A stretch of 64,000 bases of DNA from Candidatus Kapaibacterium sp. (GCA_026418625.1 JAOABA010000055.1:73770-137769); one strand, 5' to 3'. Counted from the first letter of the stretch, positions 1-10,196 are shown. Notes: a model not told the origin generated them from the letters alone. Translations and numbers: made by a program.

Positions 1-1
1 T

Positions 2-1405
2 AGGAAGTTTCATAAGCAGGATGATTCAACACGTTTGTCATACTATTATCCACATTTCAAGAATGATAGCATAGTAACTTGTATAGTAGGCAATTCCCGA
101 GGAAGAAGGGGAGGTTACTTTTGTGAATTCAATATAAATACATTTGAATATCAGTTAACTTGGATGGGAACAAGAATAGGTTCAGATGATATGTTCAAAG
201 TAAATGATAAAATTATTTTTACCTGTGGTAAAAGCGATTTGTTAAGTGGTGGATCAGGTAATGATGGCATCGCTAAAAGCACTGATGGTGGAAAGACTTG
301 GCGTAGAGTTTTAGATTTTCGCTCAGATAGAAGTAAATTTAATAAACAATATTTCCCCCCTTTTGGATTACAGAGCATTGCATTTAAAGATAGTTTGACT
401 GGATTGGCTGTAGGTCAGTTCGGTAAAATTGTTTATACTTATGATGGTGGTGAATCTTGGATTTATGAAAATAAACTTCATGATTCTTTAGGTCAACCAA
501 ATACGATGAAAGTCAGGTATGCTGGTAGTGTTCCAATTATAGCTACATATCATGGGCAAATTTACAGAATGATAGAGGACAACTTAGCTCCAAAACTGGA
601 AGATACATTGACAATAAGTGGCAGAGTATGGGAAGGAAATAAAGGACAGCCGGGAATACCTTTAGAACTTGGATTTAGAATAACAATGACAGACTCGAAC
701 GGATATTATAAGTTTACTCGAGTAGCAAAAGGTAAACATACTGTAAAAGCAAAAAATAAATATCATGATGGAGATTTAGTAGAATACTATTACAAACCTT
801 TTGATTACACACCAATACAATATGACTTGGACCTAACAAGTGATACAAGTGGTATAGATTTTAATGCAATAGACCTTAGAACATTTTATTCTGTTAGCGG
901 AGAAATTGTTACAAGTGGTGGCGATGGCTTAAAAGATATACCACTCACAATTGGCGATAGCACAACTATAAGTACAGCAGACGGCAGATTTGTATTCCCC
1001 AAAATAGAACAAAAACGTACTTATGAAATGATACCTTATAGCAAAGAATACAAATTTACTCCTTGGGCTTACAGCATAAATATAGACAAGGATATTGATA
1101 CATTTCGGTTTGTGGCAATACCGATAACTTCGGTGGAGGAAAGTGTCCTCCCATACAATACTTTATTAATAACACCAATTCCGGCTAATGACTATATTGC
1201 AATAAACTTTAGCAAATTAAATAATGAGTTAGAAGATAAAAACGTCGAGATTTATGATGCAATGGGAGTTTTAATAGAATCTCTGCCCTTGATTAATCAT
1301 TCTACTTTTGGCAGAAATTATTTTATTGATATTTCATCCTTCAGTTCTGGAGTTTACTTTGTTAAAGTTGGCGGGATTGTAGAAAAGTTTGTTAAAATCA
1401 AATAA
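2..1405 (+). CDS. BNR-repeat protein with T9SS (Por) C-terminal sorting domain; 5' end probably lies upstream of the window
   Basis: The reading frame is open back to position 2, and the track start at 35 is a TTG codon. It has a BNR-like repeat 'STDGGKTW'. The C-terminal ~80 aa ('ITPIPANDYIAINF...VYFVKVGGIVEKFVKIK') resemble the T9SS sorting domain. It ends 4 bp from the convergent phage gene at 1410. Confidence 0.55.
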   Translation, partial: RKFHKQDDSTRLSYYYPHFKNDSIVTCIVGNSRGRRGGYFCEFNINTFEYQLTWMGTRIGSDDMFKVNDKIIFTCGKSDLLSGGSGNDGIAKSTDGGKTWRRVLDFRSDRSKFNKQYFPPFGLQSIAFKDSLTGLAVGQFGKIVYTYDGGESWIYENKLHDSLGQPNTMKVRYAGSVPIIATYHGQIYRMIEDNLAPKLEDTLTISGRVWEGNKGQPGIPLELGFRITMTDSNGYYKFTRVAKGKHTVKAKNKYHDGDLVEYYYKPFDYTPIQYDLDLTSDTSGIDFNAIDLRTFYSVSGEIVTSGGDGLKDIPLTIGDSTTISTADGRFVFPKIEQKRTYEMIPYSKEYKFTPWAYSINIDKDIDTFRFVAIPITSVEESVLPYNTLLITPIPANDYIAINFSKLNNELEDKNVEIYDAMGVLIESLPLINHSTFGRNYFIDISSFSSGVYFVKVGGIVEKFVKIK

Positions 1406-1409
1406 TTTA

Positions 1410-1991
1410 TTAGTAAGTTTTTATCATTAACTCAACTATCTCCTCCCAATCCTCTTGGGTCAAAGTGATATAGGGTCGAGCTGGGATTCTATTGGTGGGT
1501 TTCAGCTCTTTCTTTTTTGTGAGAGCCATTGCTTTCCAATTTACTAATCCTGTATTGTAATACTTTGCCCAGAAGAACTTTCTCATTTTGGAAGTAATCG
1601 GAATTGTTGGCGTTAAAGTTCCACCATATTGATGAATAGCCGCATAAGGAGAGTTTGCTGAAATAACTATCGAAGATTTACCTTGTGGTCTTACCTCAAT
1701 TGTTGACATAAGACCTTTCGAGCGATTCAATGTAGGTTCTAATTCCCAACCAAGTCTTTGGTATTTCTCCTTAGTGGACGAAGCAAGAGCTTTCCATTTC
1801 TGAGAACCACCGGAGAATATTGTAATATCATTTTCATTACCATCCCAACGACCACGACCATCAAAATTTTCAGAAATCGCCCTTTCAATTAGTGCCGATA
1901 CTACTTCAAGTACAGGTGTAAGGTCATCAAATTGCTTCTGCAGTTCGATGAACTTTCTGGAAAGCGAATTAGTGATGTCATTACTAATCAT
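1410..1991 (-). CDS. phage virion morphogenesis protein (Mu gpG-like)
   Basis: It lies immediately downstream of the MuF-family gene in the leftward operon, as in Mu (portal-F-G). It carries an 'AAIHQYGG...IPARPY'-type C-terminus. I chose the internal ATG at 1991 to avoid the 90-nt overlap with the MuF ORF; the track ORF extends to 2075. Confidence 0.45.
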   Translation of the reverse strand: MISNDITNSLSRKFIELQKQFDDLTPVLEVVSALIERAISENFDGRGRWDGNENDITIFSGGSQKWKALASSTKEKYQRLGWELEPTLNRSKGLMSTIEVRPQGKSSIVISANSPYAAIHQYGGTLTPTIPITSKMRKFFWAKYYNTGLVNWKAMALTKKKELKPTNRIPARPYITLTQEDWEEIVELMIKTY

Positions 1992-3690
1992 TATCTTCTC
2001 CAATATTCTCCTCGGCAACAACAACCCATTTTTGAACTTCTTCAGGCAGATCTTGAAATTTTTGAATTGATGCAATTTTAGAAGTCATACGCACTACATC
2101 ATTTGGATTCACATCGTTGTATAGTGCTATGCGACCCCACACTCTACCAAGTCTCCTACTTAAATCTGCAGGCATATTGACAATTTTCTTTTCACTAAAT
2201 TCCACAGGTGGTAACTCTACATTTTCTTTTTGAACAATACATTTAGAACGATTCATAATAACTAAATATTTCCTATCCTCAACAAAAATGGCATCATATC
2301 CTTTCAAAATTGCATAATCCCCAATATCATTTAAAAAGTAAGCATCCCTTCTTATTTTGTCAAATTCTTTGAAAACTTCACTTGAAATGTTCTCGTATCT
2401 GTATTCCAACTCATCTCTTTCCTTTCCACTCAGATTTGATTCATCATCCATCAATTTCCGCCAAATAATCTTATCTTCATAGGGTTCATATCCGAGTTTT
2501 TTATAAGCTATAACCATCATTTCATCTTCTCTTTTATTAAAATCTCTGTCTAAGTCTTTATAATTAATTATATTAGCATTTTTTGGATAAAGAATTTTCA
2601 TGACTTCTTTTTGGTTTGTGAAAGGTCTTGTTGCATCAATATCATCAATAGCTACATAAGTACCACTTCCGAATATACCTCTACCAGAAAAATAATCACC
2701 ATATTTGAATTGGTCGTAAAACTCTTGGGCTTTAATTCCATTTAAACCGCGATAAGTTATATAGTAGTCCAACAAATTCAATTCATCAATTTCTGCTTTG
2801 TTTAATACTTTCGGCTTAGCTGTAAATCCAAGCATTTCAGCAATATGATGATGCCCTAAATCTTCCTTTGTTTGCTCCTTATATTTTTCACTTATTTTTC
2901 TCAAAAGCTCTTCATTCTCAAATGCTTTATCAAAAAATGATGGTTTAGTGTTAAGCATTTTATCCAGCTGATTTCTCAAATCTTTAACATATTTTGATGT
3001 GTCCACTTTCCAGGTATATGCCGGGTGTAATGTAAAGTCTTTCGACCTTCTAAGTTGTCTTAAATATTTTGAGCCGTCTTCGGCATTAGAACCGTCTTTA
3101 ATAGGTGTTACAGAACACTTACAACCAAAACCCGATGGAGGGTATATCAAATCCCAAATCGGATCATCGTACCGAAAAACCTTATCGTGTAGTAAGCTGT
3201 GATTATGTCTTTTTGTAGGTCTTTGAATCTGTGTGTATTTCCAATAAGGATATATATGAGATATAAGTTTCTGCTGACGATATTTTCCTTGAGAATACGC
3301 CATTTGCATATTTGTATCATAAATGACTTTTAACCGAGATGGAGTTACACCAGTCCAACCAGCTGCTTCTAAGCGAGGCAATAACATTGTTTGAAATTTA
3401 CTTAAAGTCATTCCCTCTGATTTTGCTCTTTCAACATAATCATAAATCATTTGGAGAATATCGGCACTCATAACCTTTGCTACAGTAAAAGCTTTATTAT
3501 GTGCTTCTGCATCAAGTTCTTCCCAATCACTTGATATTTTAAGATTCTTACCTCTTTGTTTTAACCACTCTAATGCTCTTTCAGGTGGCAATTTGAAAGC
3601 AGTTTGAAATGGATCTTCAAAACGAAAACCTTTCATAGAAGGGGTTTTACCATTAGCTTTATAATATTCAACGATATAATTCATTTTCAA
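1984..3690 (-). CDS. phage head morphogenesis protein, MuF/SPP1 gp7 family, with ~370-aa C-terminal extension
   Basis: The N-terminal ~200 aa end in a 'PPSGFGCKCSV' motif like the conserved HxxCRC-type motif of MuF domains. It sits directly downstream of the portal gene with a 4-nt ATGA overlap at 3687-3690. The C-terminal ~370 aa is not part of a canonical MuF domain. Confidence 0.6.
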   Translation of the reverse strand: MKMNYIVEYYKANGKTPSMKGFRFEDPFQTAFKLPPERALEWLKQRGKNLKISSDWEELDAEAHNKAFTVAKVMSADILQMIYDYVERAKSEGMTLSKFQTMLLPRLEAAGWTGVTPSRLKVIYDTNMQMAYSQGKYRQQKLISHIYPYWKYTQIQRPTKRHNHSLLHDKVFRYDDPIWDLIYPPSGFGCKCSVTPIKDGSNAEDGSKYLRQLRRSKDFTLHPAYTWKVDTSKYVKDLRNQLDKMLNTKPSFFDKAFENEELLRKISEKYKEQTKEDLGHHHIAEMLGFTAKPKVLNKAEIDELNLLDYYITYRGLNGIKAQEFYDQFKYGDYFSGRGIFGSGTYVAIDDIDATRPFTNQKEVMKILYPKNANIINYKDLDRDFNKREDEMMVIAYKKLGYEPYEDKIIWRKLMDDESNLSGKERDELEYRYENISSEVFKEFDKIRRDAYFLNDIGDYAILKGYDAIFVEDRKYLVIMNRSKCIVQKENVELPPVEFSEKKIVNMPADLSRRLGRVWGRIALYNDVNPNDVVRMTSKIASIQKFQDLPEEVQKWVVVAEENIGEDND

Positions 3691-5147
3691 CTATCCACTC
3701 TCAACTGTCCACTAACAATTCCACTCCCAGTTGCTAATAAAATGCCTTTTGCTAAATAGTCTTCGATTATGGTAGTGTCTAATTCCGGGAACATTTCAAT
3801 TATTTTGTCTTGGATTTCATTGTAACTCTTACTTTCATTTATCATTTCAAGTATTGGTTTTAAGACTGATTGAGTAAGTTCATCAAATTGAGAAATATCA
3901 AAAGCTGACTTCTCAAGGATTTTATCAGATTCGGAGAATTGGGGGTTTGTTTGTTCAAATGAAATTTCAATTTCATCATCTTTGAATCCATAGTTCCGTT
4001 TGAAATATTCTTTAGTGAACTTCACTTGCCCGGTTGAAGAAAGTGTTTGGTCACGCTGTGCCAAAGTCATATCTACGTCTTGCTCTTCATACATAACAAA
4101 GAGTGGTATTTCAGAAACCGATTCAAAATTGAATTCAATAATCCATTCAATCAGCTTATTTAACCAGTATTCTACAAGTTGTTTATCTGCATCAACGACA
4201 TCTTTCCTTACTTGCAAGTGCGTTTGGCTCATAGCATAAGAACCAGTATCTCCCTGCTCAGTTGTTAGAGTTTGTGAGAGTATCGCTTTGGAGATTTCTG
4301 CATTACAAAAATGAAGCAAGTTCTTATATACATCTGCAGAACTTGTTTTTGATGATTCAAGTATATCAATACTTACTTCTTCTTCAGTAACAGCGATTCC
4401 GTCTTGTTGAAGTTTCTCCAATACATTGAATAACTCATAAGCTTCTTCTTGTCCTTTTCCAAGCCCAATTTTACCATGAAGAAATGGCATTCCATACTTC
4501 TGAGTAAATACTGACCATAGTTTCATTCCACCTTTTTTGAAAATAACAGGATAATAACACTTGGCAAGGATAGACTCACCGTAAGGATTATCATAAGTAG
4601 CATTATGTTGAAGCAGTAAAAATTTCTTATTTGGCAATAAAACTCCATTAGGTTTTTGTCTATCTTTAAATCTAAGCATATTGTTACTATCAAACTCAAA
4701 CCACCAAGAAGGCTTGCCTTTGAGCTCTTTAGGGATTATTTTACCTTCTACTTCACTCCAATAAATCTCAATAGGTTTGAATCCAAACAATGGAGCATCA
4801 AGCATTTCTGAAATTATTTGCCTTAGGTTTAAACTATTGAATATTTCTTCAATAAACTCCGATTCAGTACTTTTTGTTCCTCCTCTATTTATCTCCCAAT
4901 TCAAACTTAAAACTCCTGCTTTTCTCGATTGAACACAACTTGATACGTGTGCATCATAAAGAAAATTCTTGTATGTCTCCAGAGTTTCATTATTCTTTTG
5001 AAGTATAACATCAGGATTAGGCAGCAATTCATTTAAAGCACTAAAGAGAAAAGCTTGCCTTGTGGCTATTACTCCAAGAGGATATGGTCGTTTGCCAGTA
5101 TCATTTTTTTCTGAAAACATATTCCTAATTCTATTGATTAAACCCAT
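3687..5147 (-). CDS. phage portal protein (Mu gp29/DUF935-like by position)
   Basis: A 486-aa protein encoded between the terminase large subunit and MuF. The size and synteny are typical of portal genes. I see no catalytic motifs, which is expected for a portal. Confidence 0.55.
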   Translation of the reverse strand: MGLINRIRNMFSEKNDTGKRPYPLGVIATRQAFLFSALNELLPNPDVILQKNNETLETYKNFLYDAHVSSCVQSRKAGVLSLNWEINRGGTKSTESEFIEEIFNSLNLRQIISEMLDAPLFGFKPIEIYWSEVEGKIIPKELKGKPSWWFEFDSNNMLRFKDRQKPNGVLLPNKKFLLLQHNATYDNPYGESILAKCYYPVIFKKGGMKLWSVFTQKYGMPFLHGKIGLGKGQEEAYELFNVLEKLQQDGIAVTEEEVSIDILESSKTSSADVYKNLLHFCNAEISKAILSQTLTTEQGDTGSYAMSQTHLQVRKDVVDADKQLVEYWLNKLIEWIIEFNFESVSEIPLFVMYEEQDVDMTLAQRDQTLSSTGQVKFTKEYFKRNYGFKDDEIEISFEQTNPQFSESDKILEKSAFDISQFDELTQSVLKPILEMINESKSYNEIQDKIIEMFPELDTTIIEDYLAKGILLATGSGIVSGQLRVDS

Positions 5148-5157
5148 TTTTAATTTC

Positions 5158-6549
5158 TCAATAATTTGTGAAATAATTATCTTGCTTTCTGCTTAATTTG
5201 CTCAGATATGAAAGTGATTTATCTCCTGAACTTCTTCTTCTTAAATAGTCCAATGCTTGTGTGATACTATCAACTATATCATCGTGATTACCGTAAGGGA
5301 ATTCAGAACATTCATTAACGATGTCAGCTAAAAACTGTGCGTTTTTCGGAAGGAAAACCTTTCCGGATTCGATTAGTGGTGTTACCAAGTGTGCCCTTGT
5401 AACCTTGTCCCTGATCGCCTGAATAGGTTTAATTGGAATCTTTGTATCACGTTGAAGAACTTGTATTAGACTTTGACCACTTGCCGCATCTTCAATCAAA
5501 ACCACATTTGGGTTGTGCTTATGATATTGCATAACAACTTGCCTTTGCAAGTCAGGGAATAATACCTTAGCTCTCCAATAGTCAACTAAATAATATCCTT
5601 TATCTGAAAGTAGCCAAGTAGTACATACAGAAAAATCATTCTGCTCTTTTTCTTTAAAAGCTGTGTCCCAAGATTGAATCAGTAAAGAACCGCTTGGTAA
5701 GTCAAAATATTCTTTCCACCATTCTGTTTTAAAGATTTGATATTCCGTAGCAATTGGTTGTTGTTGATACAAAGCAGAAAACCAGTAAGAACCAATCTGA
5801 CTTTTGATTTTGTTTAGTTTATCAACAGGGTATCTATATTCCCATAATGGCACTCCTTCATCTCTACCCAAAGCATCATTTTCTTTTGCGATAGCAGGAA
5901 AACTCAAAACTTCCCATTTATCATCAGAATCAGGGTCGTTTATTAATCTACCTGCCAAATCATCGAAATGCCATCTGGTCATTATGACAATGATTGCTCC
6001 ATCAGGTTCAAGTCTTGTATATGCAGTAGCTCTGAACCAATCATAAGTTTTATCTCTATAAGTCTTGCTATTAGCTTGTTCGTCATTTTTAACAGGGTCA
6101 TCAATGATTAATACATTAGCACCTTTACCAGTAATAGCACCACCAACACCCGTAGCATTCAGTCCACCTTCTTGACCTAAAACATCCCAACGGTATGCAG
6201 AATTTGAAAGTCTATTTAATTTGATTCCGAATAAATCTTCTCCGTGTTCTTCAAGTAATTCTTTGGTCTTTCTCCCCCAAGATGCAGCAAAACCCGCTTC
6301 ATAAGAAACCAAAATTATTCTTCTATCGGGATATGTGCCTAAATACCAAGCAGGGAAATACCTTGAAATAAGTTCAGATTTACCATGTCTTGGAGGCATA
6401 TTAACTATCAGTCGTTTTATCCGACCTCCTGCAACATCAAGAAGTTTCTTGTTCAGGATGTTGATGTGTGGAGCTATCTGGTAACGTCCCTTCGTTATGT
6501 GCATCGCCATTGTCGCCGGGCTTGCTGTTTTGAGTATTTCCCACGGCAT
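5158..6549 (-). CDS. terminase large subunit
   Basis: It has a Walker-A-like P-loop 'NMPPRHGKSE' followed by 'RIILVSYE' (Walker-B-like). The C-terminal half has acidic nuclease-type motifs ('IQSWDTAF', 'LIEDAASGQ'). I chose the start at the internal Met to reduce the 150-nt overlap with the upstream ORF. Confidence 0.7.
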   Translation of the reverse strand: MPWEILKTASPATMAMHITKGRYQIAPHINILNKKLLDVAGGRIKRLIVNMPPRHGKSELISRYFPAWYLGTYPDRRIILVSYEAGFAASWGRKTKELLEEHGEDLFGIKLNRLSNSAYRWDVLGQEGGLNATGVGGAITGKGANVLIIDDPVKNDEQANSKTYRDKTYDWFRATAYTRLEPDGAIIVIMTRWHFDDLAGRLINDPDSDDKWEVLSFPAIAKENDALGRDEGVPLWEYRYPVDKLNKIKSQIGSYWFSALYQQQPIATEYQIFKTEWWKEYFDLPSGSLLIQSWDTAFKEKEQNDFSVCTTWLLSDKGYYLVDYWRAKVLFPDLQRQVVMQYHKHNPNVVLIEDAASGQSLIQVLQRDTKIPIKPIQAIRDKVTRAHLVTPLIESGKVFLPKNAQFLADIVNECSEFPYGNHDDIVDSITQALDYLRRRSSGDKSLSYLSKLSRKQDNYFTNY

Positions 6550-7138
6550 CGAGGAATTCAAGAAGAGCGTTTGTTGCTTTTTCGTCATTTGCTACTAATT
6601 CTCCAAACTTATCTTTTTTGTTGTCAAATACAATGGTGTTTTCATTACGACCGATTTCAGTTGGAACACCGCGAGCAATCCTTTCAATATTGACCAAATT
6701 ACCAAAGGATTTACTTACTTGAATAATCAGTTCAATTAATTCAACAGTTGAAAGTTTATTCAAATCTTCAATTGCGGGTGTTTTATTATCTTTATCTTTT
6801 TTAAGTCTTTCGGAAAAGGCAGTAACAGGCAAGAAGACAATTCTTTGAAAAGTCTCTGCCTGCCCTGCTTGCCTTTCATTCATCTTTTGAATGCTTTCTT
6901 GCTGACGCATTCGGTTCTTTCTGTCTTCATCATCATCAAAAGCACTAACCCTTGCTTGCCAATTATACTTTCTTGACCAGACAGCAAACTGTGTTTTACT
7001 TTTCTTGCCAAGTTTATCTAATAGGGCACTAAAACTTCGGTTTTGCCTAAGATCACGATAAGTACAGAAAGCCTTGAACGCTTTATCAGTTTCTCCGGGC
7101 ATTCTTTCCCATGGTATATGTTCCCAACTACCTGACAT
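6437..7138 (-). CDS. putative terminase small subunit
   Basis: A 233-aa protein directly upstream of terminase large subunit and overlapping it. It has a basic N-terminal region plausible for DNA binding and an acidic C-terminus. The assignment rests on position only. Confidence 0.35.
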   Translation of the reverse strand: MSGSWEHIPWERMPGETDKAFKAFCTYRDLRQNRSFSALLDKLGKKSKTQFAVWSRKYNWQARVSAFDDDEDRKNRMRQQESIQKMNERQAGQAETFQRIVFLPVTAFSERLKKDKDNKTPAIEDLNKLSTVELIELIIQVSKSFGNLVNIERIARGVPTEIGRNENTIVFDNKKDKFGELVANDEKATNALLEFLDAVGNTQNSKPGDNGDAHNEGTLPDSSTHQHPEQETS

Positions 7139-8007
7139 TATTCGTTATTAAATTCCTTTTTACATAATTCAAGTAGCTTCAAAGCTGGCTCTTTACCAAG
7201 TACTTTTTCGATTATTTCTGCTTCTTCATTGGCAAATATCAAACTTACACGATATAGTTTAGTTTGCTGTCTTGCCATTTCTCTTTCTTCTTCATTCTTA
7301 GCAACCTGAATTAAAGCCTGTCTTTCTTTAATAGTTTCAACAGCTTTTGAAGATGCAGCAGTTATCATCTCTCCACCATGAGTAGTGCCATCAACTTGCC
7401 TTGAACTTGTATCTGTAATTTGGTTGTCTTCATCGGAGAGTTCGGACGGTTCCCAAGATTGAGAATAATCATCGTTTGCAAGTGCTTCTGGAACTGGTAT
7501 GTCATCAAGCAATCTATTGATTTCATCATCGGAGAGCATAAGAGAATCTTGTGCCCAATCCAAAGCCCCAAGTTCTTGCAAATCTCTTAATACTTGAACG
7601 GACAATTCCAAATCCTCACTTCCTCTTGCACGATTATGTCTTAACGTTGCAATTCTCATCTGTTCGGGAGTCATCTCAACGAAGACTACGGGAATTTCAG
7701 TGTATCCAAGTACTGTTGCGGCTCTCCATCTGTGTTCTCCGTCAACAATCATTTTGGTTGACTGTTGCACAATAATCGGTTGTGTAAAACCATCTTCTTC
7801 CATTGATTTAAGAAGAAGTTCAAAATCGTGTTCACTTTGACGATTTGGATTATAATTGTTCGGTTTGATAGAATCCACCGAAACATATTCAATAGCAAGT
7901 TCTTTTAAGGAAACATTCTTCTTGTCAATTTCCTTCTTGCCTTTCTTAATGATTTTTTCTGATACAGCCTTTTGTGTGGCTTCTGGCGTTGTGTTATAGC
8001 CTTCCAT
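7138..8007 (-). CDS. ParB-like nuclease (ParB/Srx N-terminal) domain protein
   Basis: 'VDGEHRWRAATVLGYTEIPVV' matches the ParB N-terminal DGxHR motif region. The C-terminal half is strongly acidic. It is adjacent to a DNA methyltransferase. Confidence 0.6.
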   Translation of the reverse strand: MEGYNTTPEATQKAVSEKIIKKGKKEIDKKNVSLKELAIEYVSVDSIKPNNYNPNRQSEHDFELLLKSMEEDGFTQPIIVQQSTKMIVDGEHRWRAATVLGYTEIPVVFVEMTPEQMRIATLRHNRARGSEDLELSVQVLRDLQELGALDWAQDSLMLSDDEINRLLDDIPVPEALANDDYSQSWEPSELSDEDNQITDTSSRQVDGTTHGGEMITAASSKAVETIKERQALIQVAKNEEEREMARQQTKLYRVSLIFANEEAEIIEKVLGKEPALKLLELCKKEFNNE

Positions 8008-8017
8008 TTTAAAATTC

Positions 8018-8692
8018 CTATAGTTTGTGAATAATTAAACCTTGTTGGTGATAATAATCAATTAAGCAGGCAAGTCTTCTCTTGTTAAGTTCAGTTCCAT
8101 AGAAAGTCTTGCCAAGACTGTGAGCTGTTCTTCCTGTCAAACCTCTTCCCGTACACAAGTCTAATACTGAATTGATGTTCTTTTCATATTGCATAGCAAA
8201 GCGTGGTGTGAAATCATCATCAATACCTGTAAAGTCAAAATCAATTTTCGAGGGGGAATCAAATGAATATCGTATTAAAAAACAAGGATTTTTGTGATAA
8301 TATTTGATTTTCCAAGTATTTGTAACAATACCATTTAACTGAGTAATCAAATCTTTGACATAGTCAAGATTCTGATTTCCCATTTCAACATAATTGATTT
8401 TTGGAGAATAGGTTTTGACTAATAGCATTAGTTTCTCAATAAAAGAATTAAATTCCTTTTTATCTTGAAAACCTGCTTTAGTATAGAAAGAATTAATATT
8501 ACCTGTGTTCCAGGGTGGATCAATGTAAGACATATCAAAAGCATTCTGAACAAAGAACTCTAAAGAGTTCAATTCAGTCAAATCCTTGACCGCCAGAGTG
8601 TTTTTTCCAACACGCCATACTTGACCATCTTCAATGGGAAATTTTTCCCAGGAGTCGCCGTAAAGCCACTTCCCATCTTCAAAAGTTTTCAT
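8018..8692 (-). CDS. DNA methyltransferase, N6-adenine/N4-cytosine class (motif IV before motif I)
   Basis: It has 'SYIDPPWNTG' (DPPW/DPPY-type motif IV) in the N-terminal half and 'VLDLCTGRGLTG' (motif I, FxGxG-like) in the C-terminal half. Confidence 0.7.
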   Translation of the reverse strand: MKTFEDGKWLYGDSWEKFPIEDGQVWRVGKNTLAVKDLTELNSLEFFVQNAFDMSYIDPPWNTGNINSFYTKAGFQDKKEFNSFIEKLMLLVKTYSPKINYVEMGNQNLDYVKDLITQLNGIVTNTWKIKYYHKNPCFLIRYSFDSPSKIDFDFTGIDDDFTPRFAMQYEKNINSVLDLCTGRGLTGRTAHSLGKTFYGTELNKRRLACLIDYYHQQGLIIHKL

Positions 8693-8700
8693 AAATCAAG

Positions 8701-8988
8701 TCATTCATATTTCTTAAAATCATTTGTTCGGTTAATCAAAATTGTTTGATGTACCGGAGCGCCCATTGTCCAGTATTTGTAACCGTCATGATAGAAATAT
8801 ATGAATGCTTTCTTATAGAAAAACTCTTTAACTCCATTGTTTCTGATAAACATTACTGCATCATTGAACTCATCAATGCTTTGAGAGTTCTTTTTTAAGC
8901 AATACTCGTGTGGAGCTTTTTCAGAATAGGTTTTGGCAAAAATCCAATTCTGGCTTTGAATAAATTCTATGAAACTGTTTAATTCCAT
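8701..8988 (-). CDS. hypothetical protein (start uncertain)
   Basis: A small ORF between the DNA MTase and the PAPS-reductase-like gene. I chose the internal Met ('MELNSFIEF') to avoid overlap with 9039-10196. No motif is recognised. Confidence 0.3.
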   Translation of the reverse strand: MELNSFIEFIQSQNWIFAKTYSEKAPHEYCLKKNSQSIDEFNDAVMFIRNNGVKEFFYKKAFIYFYHDGYKYWTMGAPVHQTILINRTNDFKKYE

Positions 8989-9038
8989 ACATATCAAGAC
9001 GTTACACATTATCAAACATTGTAATATAAAAATATTTT

Positions 9039-10196
9039 TTACCAAGTGGGCTTTCCTCCCCAAGTTCCTGCTCCTTCTCGGAAAAATTCTGGTTCTACAT
9101 AAGGAAGCACATCAACTTTAACTTTCATTGAGAAAGGTTCTCCCATATACATAATTTTGGATAGGTTTCTCCAAGATGAAAGCATCTGGCATTTTGGACA
9201 TTTAGTTACTTCAGGAAATTCTTCTGTTGAATGCCGTGAATGATTACGAATTACATAATTGACAACTTTTTGAGAACGCTGTGCAATCCAATCAGGTGCT
9301 TCACTTATACAAGTTCTGTAAAAACATTCTTTCCAAGTTTCTCCAAGCTTTCTTATTGGCTCGACTGACCTACGACCAAACATAGCCGCAGTTCTCACTC
9401 CAGGCAACCTCTCACAAACCTTGTCAAACCATTGAGGCCAAGCTTTTGAAGCAACCATTAATCCGTCAATTGCAGCTGGTGATAAAGTAGGAGGAGCAAT
9501 GCGAAGTTTGTGCCTACTGATTCCTAACCTATGCATTGTGTCATAAGCTTTGTTATAATCCCAATTATTGTCTTTGACAGCTTTCCATACATCTCCGTCT
9601 GACCAGTCATAAATAGGTCTTGCATAGTAAGTTCCGTAACTATTTTTTCCTTTTGTTAGATAACCCTTACTTGACATTAAACCCATTTTACGAAGCATTG
9701 ATTCATCAGTTCGTAAACCCAAGACAGCATAAAGATTTTTACCCTTTGCAGGTGGAAACTTTTCTTCGCTAATAAGACCTTGTATATTCTGCTCATGAAT
9801 TTTTTGAGCAAAGTCTGGTGGAGTACGTACCCACTTATCTTCTGGAAGTGCAGGGTCAAAAACCCAGAAATAAGGATTTTGACGATTAAAGATATTGACT
9901 ACTGGTTGATTGGCATAAATCCAATAAAATTTAACTTCTGGACGCATAGCAACTCTTTCTGCATACTCAAAAGTACCGGGATACATAATTTCTTCGTCCC
10001 GCATAATAACTTCAACAGGAAGTCTTCCTGTCATAGTAGCTGCTATGATGCAAAGCTCAAGACAGATACCTGAATCCTTTCCTGCTGAAAATGAAACGAT
10101 TACTCTATGTCCATCCTCATATAGTTTTATCATTCTGTCAAGTGCAGCGTCAAATACGTTTTCAATGTTATAATGTCTTGGCATTTTTCTGTCCAT
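9039..10196 (-). CDS. PAPS-reductase-family (PP-loop ATP pyrophosphatase) protein, IbrA/DndC-like
   Basis: It has the N-terminal PP-loop 'VSFSAGKDSG'. A C-terminal region with 'CPKCQ' is consistent with the Cys-containing C-terminal module of IbrA-type proteins. Confidence 0.6.
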   Translation of the reverse strand: MDRKMPRHYNIENVFDAALDRMIKLYEDGHRVIVSFSAGKDSGICLELCIIAATMTGRLPVEVIMRDEEIMYPGTFEYAERVAMRPEVKFYWIYANQPVVNIFNRQNPYFWVFDPALPEDKWVRTPPDFAQKIHEQNIQGLISEEKFPPAKGKNLYAVLGLRTDESMLRKMGLMSSKGYLTKGKNSYGTYYARPIYDWSDGDVWKAVKDNNWDYNKAYDTMHRLGISRHKLRIAPPTLSPAAIDGLMVASKAWPQWFDKVCERLPGVRTAAMFGRRSVEPIRKLGETWKECFYRTCISEAPDWIAQRSQKVVNYVIRNHSRHSTEEFPEVTKCPKCQMLSSWRNLSKIMYMGEPFSMKVKVDVLPYVEPEFFREGAGTWGGKPTW

